A stretch of DNA of 64,000 bases from Candidatus Bathyarchaeota archaeon (lineage in GTDB: Archaea; Thermoproteota; Bathyarchaeia; TCS64), in NCBI GenBank assembly GCA_963780545.1, contig CAWACK010000008.1, forward strand, positions 135,988 through 199,987. The letters run 5' to 3'. Shown here piece by piece: positions 19,582-29,010 of this stretch. The notes under the pieces are model-generated. The model was given only the letters and a program-made list of their open reading frames with translations. It made no database searches and was not told the origin of the DNA. Made by a program: the position numbers and the translations under genes. Within the stretch, counting starts at the first letter, position 1, and each line of letters starts with the position of its first letter.

Positions 19582-20161
19582 GAACGCACGCTATAGGGTC
19601 GCTTATAGGCGTAGGAGAGAGCAAAAAACTGATTACCAGGCCAGAAGGATAATGGCCACATCGGAGCATCCAAGGTTTGTCGTGAGGGCATCTAACAAGG
19701 GTATTATAGCTCAGGTTGTAAAGGCTGAGTTAGATGGAGACAAGGTACTAACCCAAGCAGCATCCAGCGAACTTCTAACAAAGTACGGATGGCAAGCAAG
19801 CGGGAAGAGCATCCCAGCTGGCTACCTTCTAGGACTAATAGCCGGTCATAAAGCTATCAAGGTGGGGATCGATACCGTTTACCTTGACCTAGGTTTAAAG
19901 AGGCCAACAAAAGGATCGAAGATCTTTGCTGTTGTAAAAGGCGCCATTGATGCAGGGTTGAATATACCATGCGACAGCGACGTCATCCCGCCACCTGAGA
20001 GAATCAATGGCGGTGACATCGCAAAATACGCGCTGATGATAGACCCAGAGGGATACGAGAAACACTTCTCGGTCTACCTTAGGAAGGGCTTAAGACCTGA
20101 ATCTCTCCCTGACCACTTTGATAAAACTAAAAAGAAGATCCAGGAGGACTGGGCACAATGA
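19574..20161 (+). CDS. rpl18: Ribosomal protein uL18
   Basis: RRREQKTDYQARRIM...PRFVVRASNKGIIAQVV. Confidence 0.9.
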   Translation: MAKNARYRVAYRRRREQKTDYQARRIMATSEHPRFVVRASNKGIIAQVVKAELDGDKVLTQAASSELLTKYGWQASGKSIPAGYLLGLIAGHKAIKVGIDTVYLDLGLKRPTKGSKIFAVVKGAIDAGLNIPCDSDVIPPPERINGGDIAKYALMIDPEGYEKHFSVYLRKGLRPESLPDHFDKTKKKIQEDWAQ

Positions 20162-20802
20162 GTAGAGAATATCAGAGAGAAGGTCCATCTCTAGAGGACT
20201 GGGTTCCCCGTACACAGTTGGGAAAGATGGTCAAGGAAGGCCAGATCACTTCTATCCAGGACATATTCCGAGAAGGCTACAAGGTCAAGGAGGTCGAGAT
20301 TATTGACTCTTTAGTTCAAGACCTCAAGGACGAAGTCATAGACATAACCATGGTCCAAAAGCAAACCGACGCTGGGCAAAGCTCACGTTTCCGGGCAGTG
20401 GTTGCTGTCGGTAACGGGAATGGCCTCATAGGTCTCGGCGTGGGAAAGGCGAAGCGTGTCAGAAATGCCATCGAAAAAGGAATCCGCATGGCTAAGCTCA
20501 ACCTCTACCCAATTAAGAGGGGATGCGGTAGCTGGGAATGCGGTTGTGGTGAGAACCATTCACTCCCATTCCGCGTTAGAGGAAAGGCGGGAAGCGTAGT
20601 TCTCACCCTGTTGCCTGGTCCACAGGGTCTAGGTCTTGTAGTAGGTGACAACGCAAAGGTCGTCCTACAGCTTGCGGGAATCAAGGACTGCTGGTCGAAA
20701 GCCACAGGCACTACGACAACAACCACATCTTTCGCCCTAGCTACATTTAATGCATTAAAACAGACTACCAAAATAATGACCCCTCAGGAGTGGACGATGT
20801 AG
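20158..20802 (+). CDS. rps5: Ribosomal protein uS5
   Basis: DGQSSRFRAVVAVGNGNGLIGLGVGKAK. Confidence 0.9.
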   Translation: MSREYQREGPSLEDWVPRTQLGKMVKEGQITSIQDIFREGYKVKEVEIIDSLVQDLKDEVIDITMVQKQTDAGQSSRFRAVVAVGNGNGLIGLGVGKAKRVRNAIEKGIRMAKLNLYPIKRGCGSWECGCGENHSLPFRVRGKAGSVVLTLLPGPQGLGLVVGDNAKVVLQLAGIKDCWSKATGTTTTTTSFALATFNALKQTTKIMTPQEWTM

Positions 20803-20803
20803 T

Positions 20804-21277
20804 ATGTCAGGTAGAACTCTATTCGTCGTTCGCATAAGGGGAGGTATAGACGCCCAGAAAACCGTTAAGGACACTCTCACGATGCTTAGGATGGAGAAGA
20901 ACAACTACGCTACGATTCTTATGGAGAGTCCTTCTTATATTGGAATGCTTAGAAAAGCAAAAGATTACGTCACTTGGGGCGAGCCGACTGTGGAGGCGAT
21001 TAAACTCCTGCTCGAGAAGAGGGGAAAACTCGTTGGTGACGCAAAGATCACCGACGAGACTATAAAGGAACTGGGATACGAGAACATCGAGAAGCTCGCC
21101 GAGTTAATCATATCCGGGGAGATTGAGTTCAGTCAGCTCAATGGCGTCAAACCCTTCTTCAGAATGCACCCCCCAAAAAAGGGATTCAAGAGAACAGTCA
21201 AACGCCCATACAACGATCATGGTGAGCTTGGATATAGGGGCGAAGCCATTAACGAGCTCATCAAGAGAATGTGCTAA
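20804..21277 (+). CDS. rpl30: Ribosomal protein uL30
   Basis: LFVVRIRGGIDAQKTVKDTLTMLRM. Confidence 0.9.
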   Translation: MSGRTLFVVRIRGGIDAQKTVKDTLTMLRMEKNNYATILMESPSYIGMLRKAKDYVTWGEPTVEAIKLLLEKRGKLVGDAKITDETIKELGYENIEKLAELIISGEIEFSQLNGVKPFFRMHPPKKGFKRTVKRPYNDHGELGYRGEAINELIKRMC

Positions 21278-21288
21278 AAGGAGATTAG

Positions 21289-21723
21289 GTGAATAACATG
21301 CCTCACGATCTGAGAAGAACACGGAAATACCGCGGGTCGAGATACTGCGGATGGGGCCAAGTTGGCCAGCACCGTAAGTCCGGCAGCCGAGGAGGAAAGG
21401 GATTCGCCGGAGGCCACAAGCATTTCTGGATCCAAACTGTAAAGTACAACCCCCTCAGGTACAGACGCATAGGCTTTGTACCACCATCGCTACTGAAGCC
21501 GGTACCAGCAATAATAAACATCGGAGAACTTGAGGACCTAGCTGTTAAGGTGTTGGGTGCAGAAGCAGTTAAAGACGGTGCTGAATTAAACTTAACTGAG
21601 ATAGGAGTAGGAAAACTCCTCGGAAGAGGAACCCTAGTTACTGCTCTTAAAGTTACGGTGGAATCAGTATCCGCGAGTGCCAAAAGTAAATTATTGAAAG
21701 CCGGCGGCTCTATAGTAGAGTGA
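21289..21723 (+). CDS. rpl15: Ribosomal protein uL15
   Basis: RKYRGSRYCGWGQVGQHRKSGSRGGKG. The start could instead be the ATG at 21298. Confidence 0.9.
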   Translation: MNNMPHDLRRTRKYRGSRYCGWGQVGQHRKSGSRGGKGFAGGHKHFWIQTVKYNPLRYRRIGFVPPSLLKPVPAIINIGELEDLAVKVLGAEAVKDGAELNLTEIGVGKLLGRGTLVTALKVTVESVSASAKSKLLKAGGSIVE

Positions 21724-23138
21724 TAGCTTTGCGCTTCCTCGAGCTCTTCAAGCCCATATCCCGGATAATACCGGAGGTAAAGGCGCCAGAGAGGAAGGTG
21801 AGCTTCCAAAATAGGCTCATATGGACACTTTTGGCGCTCCTAATCTACTTCATAATGTCAGAGGTCCCAATCTATGGAATACCCCTCCAGCAAGGAGGTG
21901 ACGTATTCACCGCCTATAGGGTGATTTTTGCCTCGACCAAAGGAACTCTTATGGAGCTAGGAATTGGCCCCATAGTCACAGCAGGGCTCATTATACAACT
22001 GCTCGCTGGCTCAGATATCATATCCTTTGATAGGACCAGTGCTGAAGATCGTGGATTATTTACCACAGCAAGTAAATTCTTCTCTATAGTAATGATAATA
22101 ATCCAAGCCTCACTTTACATAATAAGCGGGCAATATGGAACAGTTACTCTAACAAAGTCACTTTTAATTTTTGGCCAACTCCTATTCGCCGGCATCATAA
22201 TAATGATGCTCGATGAATTAGTTCAAAAAGGCTGGGGCATCGGAAGCGGAATAAGCCTATTCATCGTTGGCGGAATTACGGCGAATATTTGGTGGAGCAG
22301 TCTAAGCTTCATCAACTACGATGGTAGAGCATATGGCGCAATCGTTGCCTTCTTCCAAGGAATCTGGACTCGAATGCCAGTTTTGGAGTGGTTTTATCGG
22401 TCGAACGGCGCACCAGATATGATAGGCTTCTTCACTACAATAGTTGTTTTCCTCGCCGTAATATATTTCGAAGGAATGCGCGTAGAGTTACCAATTAGCC
22501 ACAGCCAATATAGGGGATACCGTGGAAGGATGCCAATCAAACTACTTTACGTATCTAACATTCCTGTGATACTCGCTTACGCAGTGTTTGCAAACATACA
22601 GTTGGTTAGCCAGTTTGTCTGGAACAGATGGAACACTGGTAATAATGGTGGCTGGCTAAATTGGATTGGCACCTTTACTCATAACTCACAAGGCACACTC
22701 GTCCCAACTGGAGGACTAGTGTTTTACATAACCTCTCCTGGTGGCCTCCAAAATGTTATATCTGCTCCGATGAGAGCCGTTATCTACGCCGTAATCGTAG
22801 TGTTCTTCTGCGTGATCTTTAGCCTAACTTGGTTGGAGATAGGTGGTCTTAGTGCAGAAGATATGGCTGACCAACTCCTCGAGTCAGGCATGCAGATACC
22901 AGGCTTTAGAAGGAATAGACAACCAATCGTTACACTGTTGAACAGGTATATCCCAACAATAACAATAATAGGTGGAGCCATAGTCGGAGTACTCGCTGCC
23001 GTATCCGACTTCTTTGGAGTCTTCGGAAGTGGAATGGGTGCCTTACTTGCAGTTAGCATACTATATCAGTACTACCAAACCCTGGTTCAGGAACAAGTCG
23101 CAGATCTATACCCCTTCTTAAGAGGCGCCTTAGAGTAA
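21720..23138 (+). CDS. secY: Protein translocase subunit SecY
   Basis: 472 aa, 10 TM helices, typical archaeal SecY N-terminus, position after uL15. Confidence 0.95.
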   Translation: MIALRFLELFKPISRIIPEVKAPERKVSFQNRLIWTLLALLIYFIMSEVPIYGIPLQQGGDVFTAYRVIFASTKGTLMELGIGPIVTAGLIIQLLAGSDIISFDRTSAEDRGLFTTASKFFSIVMIIIQASLYIISGQYGTVTLTKSLLIFGQLLFAGIIIMMLDELVQKGWGIGSGISLFIVGGITANIWWSSLSFINYDGRAYGAIVAFFQGIWTRMPVLEWFYRSNGAPDMIGFFTTIVVFLAVIYFEGMRVELPISHSQYRGYRGRMPIKLLYVSNIPVILAYAVFANIQLVSQFVWNRWNTGNNGGWLNWIGTFTHNSQGTLVPTGGLVFYITSPGGLQNVISAPMRAVIYAVIVVFFCVIFSLTWLEIGGLSAEDMADQLLESGMQIPGFRRNRQPIVTLLNRYIPTITIIGGAIVGVLAAVSDFFGVFGSGMGALLAVSILYQYYQTLVQEQVADLYPFLRGALE

Positions 23139-23270
23139 ACCAGGGGGCTGAATCCGCGCACAGACTGAAAAACGATCGAATATGAAAGTTGAGATGATAG
23201 AAAAGTTCGCTGTCAATAAATAGTCACGGAACCTTTTTCAATTCTTTACCTCGATATAGGCTAGGTCTAA

Positions 23271-24563
23271 ATGTATCAGCCACCACGTGGGACCCGAGAC
23301 TTCCTTCCAGAGGAGATGAATAAGAGAAATTGGGTTCTTGACAGGATTAGAGAGGTTTTTGAGGCATACGGTTTCGAGCCTCTGGGGACACCTGCTTTTG
23401 AGAGTTGGGAGTTACTCAAGGTGAAGAGCGGAGCGGATGTCATCAACCAAATTTACTACTTCAAAGATAAATCTGAACGAGAGTTAGGCCTTCGTTTCGA
23501 GTGGACCGCTAGCCTCGCGCGTGTAGTAGCGACGCATAGAGAACTCCAGATGCCTTTCAAACGGTATGCTATAGGACCTGTCTGGAGATACGAAAACCCA
23601 AGTGAGAAACGTTTCAGAGAGTTTTGGCAAGCTGACGCGGATATAGTTGGGGTGAAAGAATCAATTGCCGACGCAGAGGTTCTATCCACAGCAGTTGATT
23701 GTCTTAGACATCTTGGATTTGCGGGCTTCGTGATTAAACTAAATGACAGGAGAATCATTGAGGCATTAATCCAAGCAATTGGCATGCCAACAAATCGGGT
23801 GTTGGATATAATAAGGGCAGTTGATAAACTGGAGAAGATAGGCAGAGACGGTGTCATAAATGAACTTTCTAAGCTATCAATTGATGAACAAGCAACTGTG
23901 GAGCTTTTAGATATTCTTACCCTCAATGGAAGCCCTAATGAAGTTCTTGCTCGAGTCGAAGAACTTTTCAAAGATATCCCTAAGGGAGTCGAGGGGATTG
24001 AATCCTTAAGGCAAATACTCGATTACGCGAAATCATTCGGATACGCTGAGTATATTGTCGTCGATTTAAGCCTCGCCCGTGGCTTAGATTACTATACGGG
24101 ACCAGTTTTTGAAGTTTCGGCGAAAGGGTACGAAGACTATGGAAGCATCGCTGGTGGTGGCCGGTATGATGAGATAATAGGGCTCTTTGGTGGAGATACT
24201 ACACCTGCAACAGGCATTTCTTTAGGTATAGAGCGTCTTGTTCCTCTGCTTGAACTGAAAGGCGGTTTCGAGGGAGCAAAGCTCGGAGTTGATGTCCTTG
24301 TTGCACCTATCTCAGATAACATGAGAAATGAGGCGATCGCTATTTCAAAGGAATTAAGAGATGCAAGAATATCTACTTTGCTTGATCTCCTTGGCCGCCG
24401 CCTCTCTAAGCAACTTGAGTACGCTTCGAAAAAGCTTGTGAAGAAGGTAGTTATCGTGGGGGAAAAGGAGTTGTCGGAAGGCTTTGTCATACTACGAGAC
24501 ATGAAAACGGGAGAACAGGTCAAGGTGAAGCGCAGGGAGTTAATCAATCATCTCCGCAGTTAA
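23271..24563 (+). CDS. hisS: Histidyl-tRNA synthetase
   Basis: Class II motifs (RYENPSEKRFREFWQADADIVG; GGGRYDEI) and an anticodon-binding domain. Confidence 0.9.
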   Translation: MYQPPRGTRDFLPEEMNKRNWVLDRIREVFEAYGFEPLGTPAFESWELLKVKSGADVINQIYYFKDKSERELGLRFEWTASLARVVATHRELQMPFKRYAIGPVWRYENPSEKRFREFWQADADIVGVKESIADAEVLSTAVDCLRHLGFAGFVIKLNDRRIIEALIQAIGMPTNRVLDIIRAVDKLEKIGRDGVINELSKLSIDEQATVELLDILTLNGSPNEVLARVEELFKDIPKGVEGIESLRQILDYAKSFGYAEYIVVDLSLARGLDYYTGPVFEVSAKGYEDYGSIAGGGRYDEIIGLFGGDTTPATGISLGIERLVPLLELKGGFEGAKLGVDVLVAPISDNMRNEAIAISKELRDARISTLLDLLGRRLSKQLEYASKKLVKKVVIVGEKELSEGFVILRDMKTGEQVKVKRRELINHLRS

Positions 24564-25091
24564 GCTGTTGAAATCGAGTTTTCCGAGACTATAATATATA
24601 ACCTCTCCTCTCCTGTCCACGACTGCGAGTTTCAAAAACTTATTCCACTTCATTATCTCATTAAGAACTTCCTCTAGATGACCTATTGTTTCTGTAATGC
24701 CCTCGGAAACCGTATAGATATAATAAATGGGAGATTTCTTCATATAACTACCTCGTTCATAGACTTCAAAACCGAGATTATTTTCTTTTGTTTTTTTTAC
24801 AACGAAGCCCCTTCCACGGATATCTCGGTATACAATATACTTAGTCCAAAGTAGATTGTCTTTTAGTAGTTCCTTATCCAATAATTCTTGGAAAGAAAGT
24901 ATCTGCCCACCCTCTTCATTGATTACAAAAATTCGCTCCTTCTCAATTAGGCTAAGCGCTTCGCATGGATCCAGGATAAGTACATTAGGATTTATACGTG
25001 AACCATAACCGTCTTGATAAAGGTTGTCTGCCTCATTTTGTGCGGGAATTATTATTTTCTTATCACTGTAGATGGCACTTATCTGCTGCAC
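24540..25091 (-). CDS. endA: tRNA-splicing (intron) endonuclease EndA-like
   Basis: 183 aa with C-terminal catalytic-domain features (YIVYRDIRGRGFVVKK, ...LAVVDRRGEVIYYSLGK) resembling the archaeal EndA catalytic subunit. Confidence 0.6.
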   Translation of the reverse strand: MQQISAIYSDKKIIIPAQNEADNLYQDGYGSRINPNVLILDPCEALSLIEKERIFVINEEGGQILSFQELLDKELLKDNLLWTKYIVYRDIRGRGFVVKKTKENNLGFEVYERGSYMKKSPIYYIYTVSEGITETIGHLEEVLNEIMKWNKFLKLAVVDRRGEVIYYSLGKLDFNSLTAEMID

Positions 25092-25206
25092 GACTTGTAT
25101 CCTATGTTTTTCCCTGATAAAAGCTTATTAGACGATTTTCTTTATCATTTATCTTTATCCTTTTCAGATTTGAAAATTACTATAAAAAGACTGGGTGAAG
25201 AATTTG

Positions 25207-25563
25207 TTATGGTGATGAAGGCTTCTTTATCTCCCAACGACTGTCTCGACCTTCTCTTATCCATATTCCCCCAACGGAACGTATCGTATCATTAATCGGA
25301 CCCCAAAGGTCTCCAAGAAATTTCTTTGGGCTCACAATTGTTGCTTCCTCGCCGTCTTCGATGTTGAGTAAATTTGTGTCGACGCCAGCTGTCTTAAGCT
25401 TCTCTTCGAAACTAGAGGGAGGCCACTCATCAGGTTTTTCTTCCTCTATTTGGTGGGCTACCTTTGTTACATTTCCAACTGACAATATGATGCCAATTTT
25501 TGATCCACAATCTGGACATGTAAGCCAGATTATTTTTGACTCCTCTTTACTCAAGGGGACCAT
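25207..25563 (-). CDS. Hypothetical protein with N-terminal zinc-ribbon (CPDCGSKI)
   Basis: 118-aa ORF with no recognisable family. Confidence 0.35.
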   Translation of the reverse strand: MVPLSKEESKIIWLTCPDCGSKIGIILSVGNVTKVAHQIEEEKPDEWPPSSFEEKLKTAGVDTNLLNIEDGEEATIVSPKKFLGDLWGPINDTIRSVGGIWIREGRDSRWEIKKPSSP

Positions 25564-25669
25564 CTGATGGTTTAGAAGAATGTGACCTAATAAATCCTAT
25601 TCCTAATAAACTTCGTATTAAGTTCTGTAAAAATTGTTATAACTCTATATACTATAATTAGTTTGAGGG

Positions 25670-25849
25670 TTGTTCTTGAGTGCTCAGACGAATGAATTTA
25701 TATGCCCCTACTGCCCCCGAAAGTCCGCTAGTCCTGGAGGAGTGAGGTTCCATGTTAAGCTTACACATCCCGAAAAACTGGATGAGTTTACCTCTATGTA
25801 CCTTCCTAAGATGACCGCCCAGTTTAAGGAACTTAACCCAGAAACCTGA
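25670..25849 (+). CDS. Small C2H2-type zinc-finger protein (59 aa; TTG start; not in the ORF track)
   Basis: Plus-strand frame gives ...NEFICPYCPRKSASPGGVRFHVKLTHPEKLDEF...: C-x2-C-x14-H-x4-H, the classic C2H2 spacing. It overlaps the 93-aa minus-strand ORF 25658-25939, which has no recognisable features. Confidence 0.5.
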   Translation: MFLSAQTNEFICPYCPRKSASPGGVRFHVKLTHPEKLDEFTSMYLPKMTAQFKELNPET

Positions 25850-26138
25850 TTTCCGAAGTGGTGTAATATACTCTACATTTTTTGTGCCATGGATAGAAAG
25901 TCTGGCCCTAATCTTGAAGGTATACATTTTATAAGGCATAGTTATAGTGTATCGATCTAAGTCCGATCTTTAATGGATATACTATTCGAGATGTAAATTC
26001 GTTGAAAGATGAATGTCGCCAGAATTAATTGATCGAAGGATCGAATAGAAGCCTTGGATAAATAAATTGGCTTTCCAATGAATCGACATTAATGCCAACC
26101 AATTTATAATCTCATAAACTAGAATAATCCGATTTCCC

Positions 26139-26862
26139 ATGAAACTAACTGAATCAGTTTACCTAGTTGGTGGAGCTGCGTATGGATTATCACCGGCTGG
26201 AGACTGTAATGTGTACCTGATTGATGGCGGAAAAGAACTTGCGTTAGTTGATACGGGTAGCGGGCATGGAGTAAAGAAAATTCTGGAAAATGTGAGGATC
26301 GATGGTTTCGATCCAAGTAACTTAAAATCGCTTTCCTCACTCATTGCCACTTCGATCATATCGGCGGCGCATATGAGTTGAAACATATAACTAAGTGTAA
26401 ACTCCTCGCGCATGAAAATGACGCCCAATCTATCGTTGATCTCGATGGTAATGTTTTATTGGATATAGCAAAGGAACAGGGACTTAGTATTAAGGCGCCT
26501 CAACTAGATAGCGTGATTAGAGAAGGTGATTGCATAAACGTTGGAAACCTAATTGTTAAAGTGCTGCACACACCGGGACATACCCCGGTTGCATATCCTT
26601 ATGTATCATAGAGAAGGATGGAAAGAAGGCTATATTCACTGGAGATATAGCATTCGCCACAGGTATGCTAGGTTTCATAAATGGACCAGGTTTTGATTTA
26701 GAATCGTGGAAAGTCAGTATTAAACGGCTCATTTCCGAGAAACCTGAAAGAATCTATCCCGGTCACAGTACTTTCATGCTAAGTGGAGCCACCGAAGATC
26801 TAATTTTGACCGATAAAAAGATGAATGCGCCTTGGACTACGATAGTGACAAGCGTAGGTTAA
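26139..26862 (+). pseudogene. Metallo-beta-lactamase-fold hydrolase, broken into three ORFs by two 1-nt frameshifts
   Basis: Piece 1 has VDTGSGHG. The HxHxDH motif (LTHCHFDHIGGAYEL) is readable only after a +1 shift at cttaaaatcg (~26320-26332). The motifs HTPGHTP|GCISL and FTGDIAF are readable only after a second shift at taccccggttgc (~26581-26592). Confidence 0.65.
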
Positions 26863-26866
26863 CAAA

Positions 26867-27646
26867 TTGGAGCACTCTCAGAGACAGGTGATTCTTGAAT
26901 CTCCCTCACTTGATGATGCTTTTTGTGCTGTGAAGTCTGGACTAAGTCTAAGAAAAGTAGTGATAATGGCAGGAAAATGCACCGTCTGTTACGAAGGAAG
27001 AGCGAGTTCACGTTTAGAGGCTGGAGAGAGACTAGCAATCTTCAAACCTGACGGCTCGGCTCTTGTTCACCGCCCTAGAGAATATCCACCCGTCAACTGG
27101 CAGCCGCCTGGTAGCCTCTACCAGACGAAGCTAACGAAAGAGGGGCTAGTAGTTAGAATATTCCGAAAAAAAGATCACGAGTTAATGGAGGTAACCTTCA
27201 CCGAATTAAAAATGGTCTCTGTTCTTGAACTCAAAGACGCAGGTGAATTCAGTTTGTATGCGTCTGAAAATGACATGAAGCAGGCTATTCTTTACCAGCC
27301 ATCACTGCTTGAGGAGGGTTTCAGACCGATAACTAGTGAGAAACCCGTCGACCCAGGGTTCATAGATATACTTGGAGTTGATAAGAATAACATTTTGACG
27401 GTTGTAGAAATTAAAAGAGTAAAGGCCTCTAAAAAAGCTGTTCTACAGTTAAAAAAATACATGAATTATATCAATTTAGATGCAAACAGGCGAGTGAGAG
27501 CTATACTTGTCGCCCCTGAATTGGGTGTGGGTGTTAATGAGTTTTTGAACTCTTTTGGCTATGAGTTTAAGGCTCTTTCACCTCAAACGTGTGCTGAGGT
27601 AATAAAGCTCAAAACTATCAAGCCAATTACGGATTTCTTCAAATAA
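26867..27646 (+). CDS. nucS: Endonuclease NucS/EndoMS (mismatch-specific RecB-like nuclease)
   Basis: N-terminal domain CTVCYEGRASSRLEAGERLAIFKPDGSALVHRPREYPPVNWQPPGS matches the NucS signature. C-terminal RecB-like nuclease motifs (DILGVD...VVEIKR). Confidence 0.8.
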   Translation: MEHSQRQVILESPSLDDAFCAVKSGLSLRKVVIMAGKCTVCYEGRASSRLEAGERLAIFKPDGSALVHRPREYPPVNWQPPGSLYQTKLTKEGLVVRIFRKKDHELMEVTFTELKMVSVLELKDAGEFSLYASENDMKQAILYQPSLLEEGFRPITSEKPVDPGFIDILGVDKNNILTVVEIKRVKASKKAVLQLKKYMNYINLDANRRVRAILVAPELGVGVNEFLNSFGYEFKALSPQTCAEVIKLKTIKPITDFFK

Positions 27647-27711
27647 ATATTGTTTTATGTTTTATTATAATGGGACAAAAATATCAATAAACTTAGAAAC
27701 ACGTTGATTTT

Positions 27712-28962
27712 TCATTTTATAATTTTTAACTGTTTACCGACATCTTCAATTGTCATTAAGACATCATCAAGCTGTTCTCGATTGAGCTTCGCGCTCATTT
27801 GAACACGTATCCTTGACTTATCGCGAGCAACCATAGGAAAGACAATAGGAACGACGAAGATACTCTTTTCATATAGCTTATCCGCGAGAGCTTTTGCAAC
27901 TTGGCTCTCACCAACTATGATGGGAATAATTGGAGTCTGACTCAGACCTGTATTAAAGCCGAGGTCGTTTACAGCTTTTTTGAAATAGTTCGTGTTCTTC
28001 CATAGAATATCCACATGCTGCGGCTCATTCTCTAGAACGTCAATGGCAGCTATCGTAGCGGCAGCTACTGGTGGGGGGGGAGATGAACTGAGGAGCCATG
28101 TTCTACTTTTATTCCAGGCAAACTTGACGAGATCTTCGGAGCCCGAGATGTGACCACCGACTGTGCCATACGCTTTACTAAATGTACCCATCTCTACATG
28201 AACGCGCCTATGGTCGAGGTGAAAGTAGCTTATGATCCCTCTACCGCTTTCGCCGAGTACACCTTCACCGTGAGCGTCGTCTACATAAACCATGGCGCCA
28301 TGCTCAGCGCCAAGTTTAGCTATTTTGTCTAAGGATGCGATGTCACCATCCATGCTGAAGACGCCGTCGGTTATGATCAATATTCTTCTATACAGTGGGA
28401 TGTGCCTTTCTGCGTCGTCTAGGACTTTGGTTAGATCCTCCATATTGTTGTGTTTATAGACGGCTTTGTCTCCCCGTGCTAGGCGAACTCCATCGATAAT
28501 GCTGCCGTGATTAAGTTCATCGCTAATGATGAGGTCGCCCTCACCTACTAATTGAGGAATTAGGCCTGAGTTAGCTTGGAATCCTGTTGGGTAAGTAAGA
28601 GATGCCTCAGCATTTTTGAACTTGGCTAGCCTTTTCTCTAACTCCATATGGAGTTCCATTGTACCTGATATTGAGCGAACTGCACCAGAGCCGACTCCAT
28701 ACTTCTCTGTAGCAGCTATAGCAGCTGCTTTAAGTTTTGGATGGGTTGTCAAACCGAGATAGTTATTGCTGCAGAGGATGAGTACCTGTCTTCCGTCGAT
28801 GATTGAGATAGGCTCGCTGGGCCCTTGAATGGTTTTAAGCCTCCAGTCCAGCGACTTATCCACAAGCTCCTGATACTCCTTAGCAAGAAAACCTGTTGTA
28901 TCTCTCATGGAATCACATTGTGAGATAAGTTGCGTGAAACCTTTACGTTTTTTGGGGGACAT
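27712..28962 (-). CDS. kbl: 2-amino-3-ketobutyrate CoA ligase / 8-amino-7-oxononanoate synthase family (PLP class II aminotransferase)
   Basis: 416 aa. PLP-lysine region FSKAYGTVGG, glycine-rich GVGSGAVRSISG. Divergent from the tdh-like gene. Confidence 0.8.
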   Translation of the reverse strand: MSPKKRKGFTQLISQCDSMRDTTGFLAKEYQELVDKSLDWRLKTIQGPSEPISIIDGRQVLILCSNNYLGLTTHPKLKAAAIAATEKYGVGSGAVRSISGTMELHMELEKRLAKFKNAEASLTYPTGFQANSGLIPQLVGEGDLIISDELNHGSIIDGVRLARGDKAVYKHNNMEDLTKVLDDAERHIPLYRRILIITDGVFSMDGDIASLDKIAKLGAEHGAMVYVDDAHGEGVLGESGRGIISYFHLDHRRVHVEMGTFSKAYGTVGGHISGSEDLVKFAWNKSRTWLLSSSPPPPVAAATIAAIDVLENEPQHVDILWKNTNYFKKAVNDLGFNTGLSQTPIIPIIVGESQVAKALADKLYEKSIFVVPIVFPMVARDKSRIRVQMSAKLNREQLDDVLMTIEDVGKQLKIIK

Positions 28963-29010
28963 AGAAGGAGTTATTTGATTCTGAGGTGAGAAATAACATC
29001 GGGGGCTACT

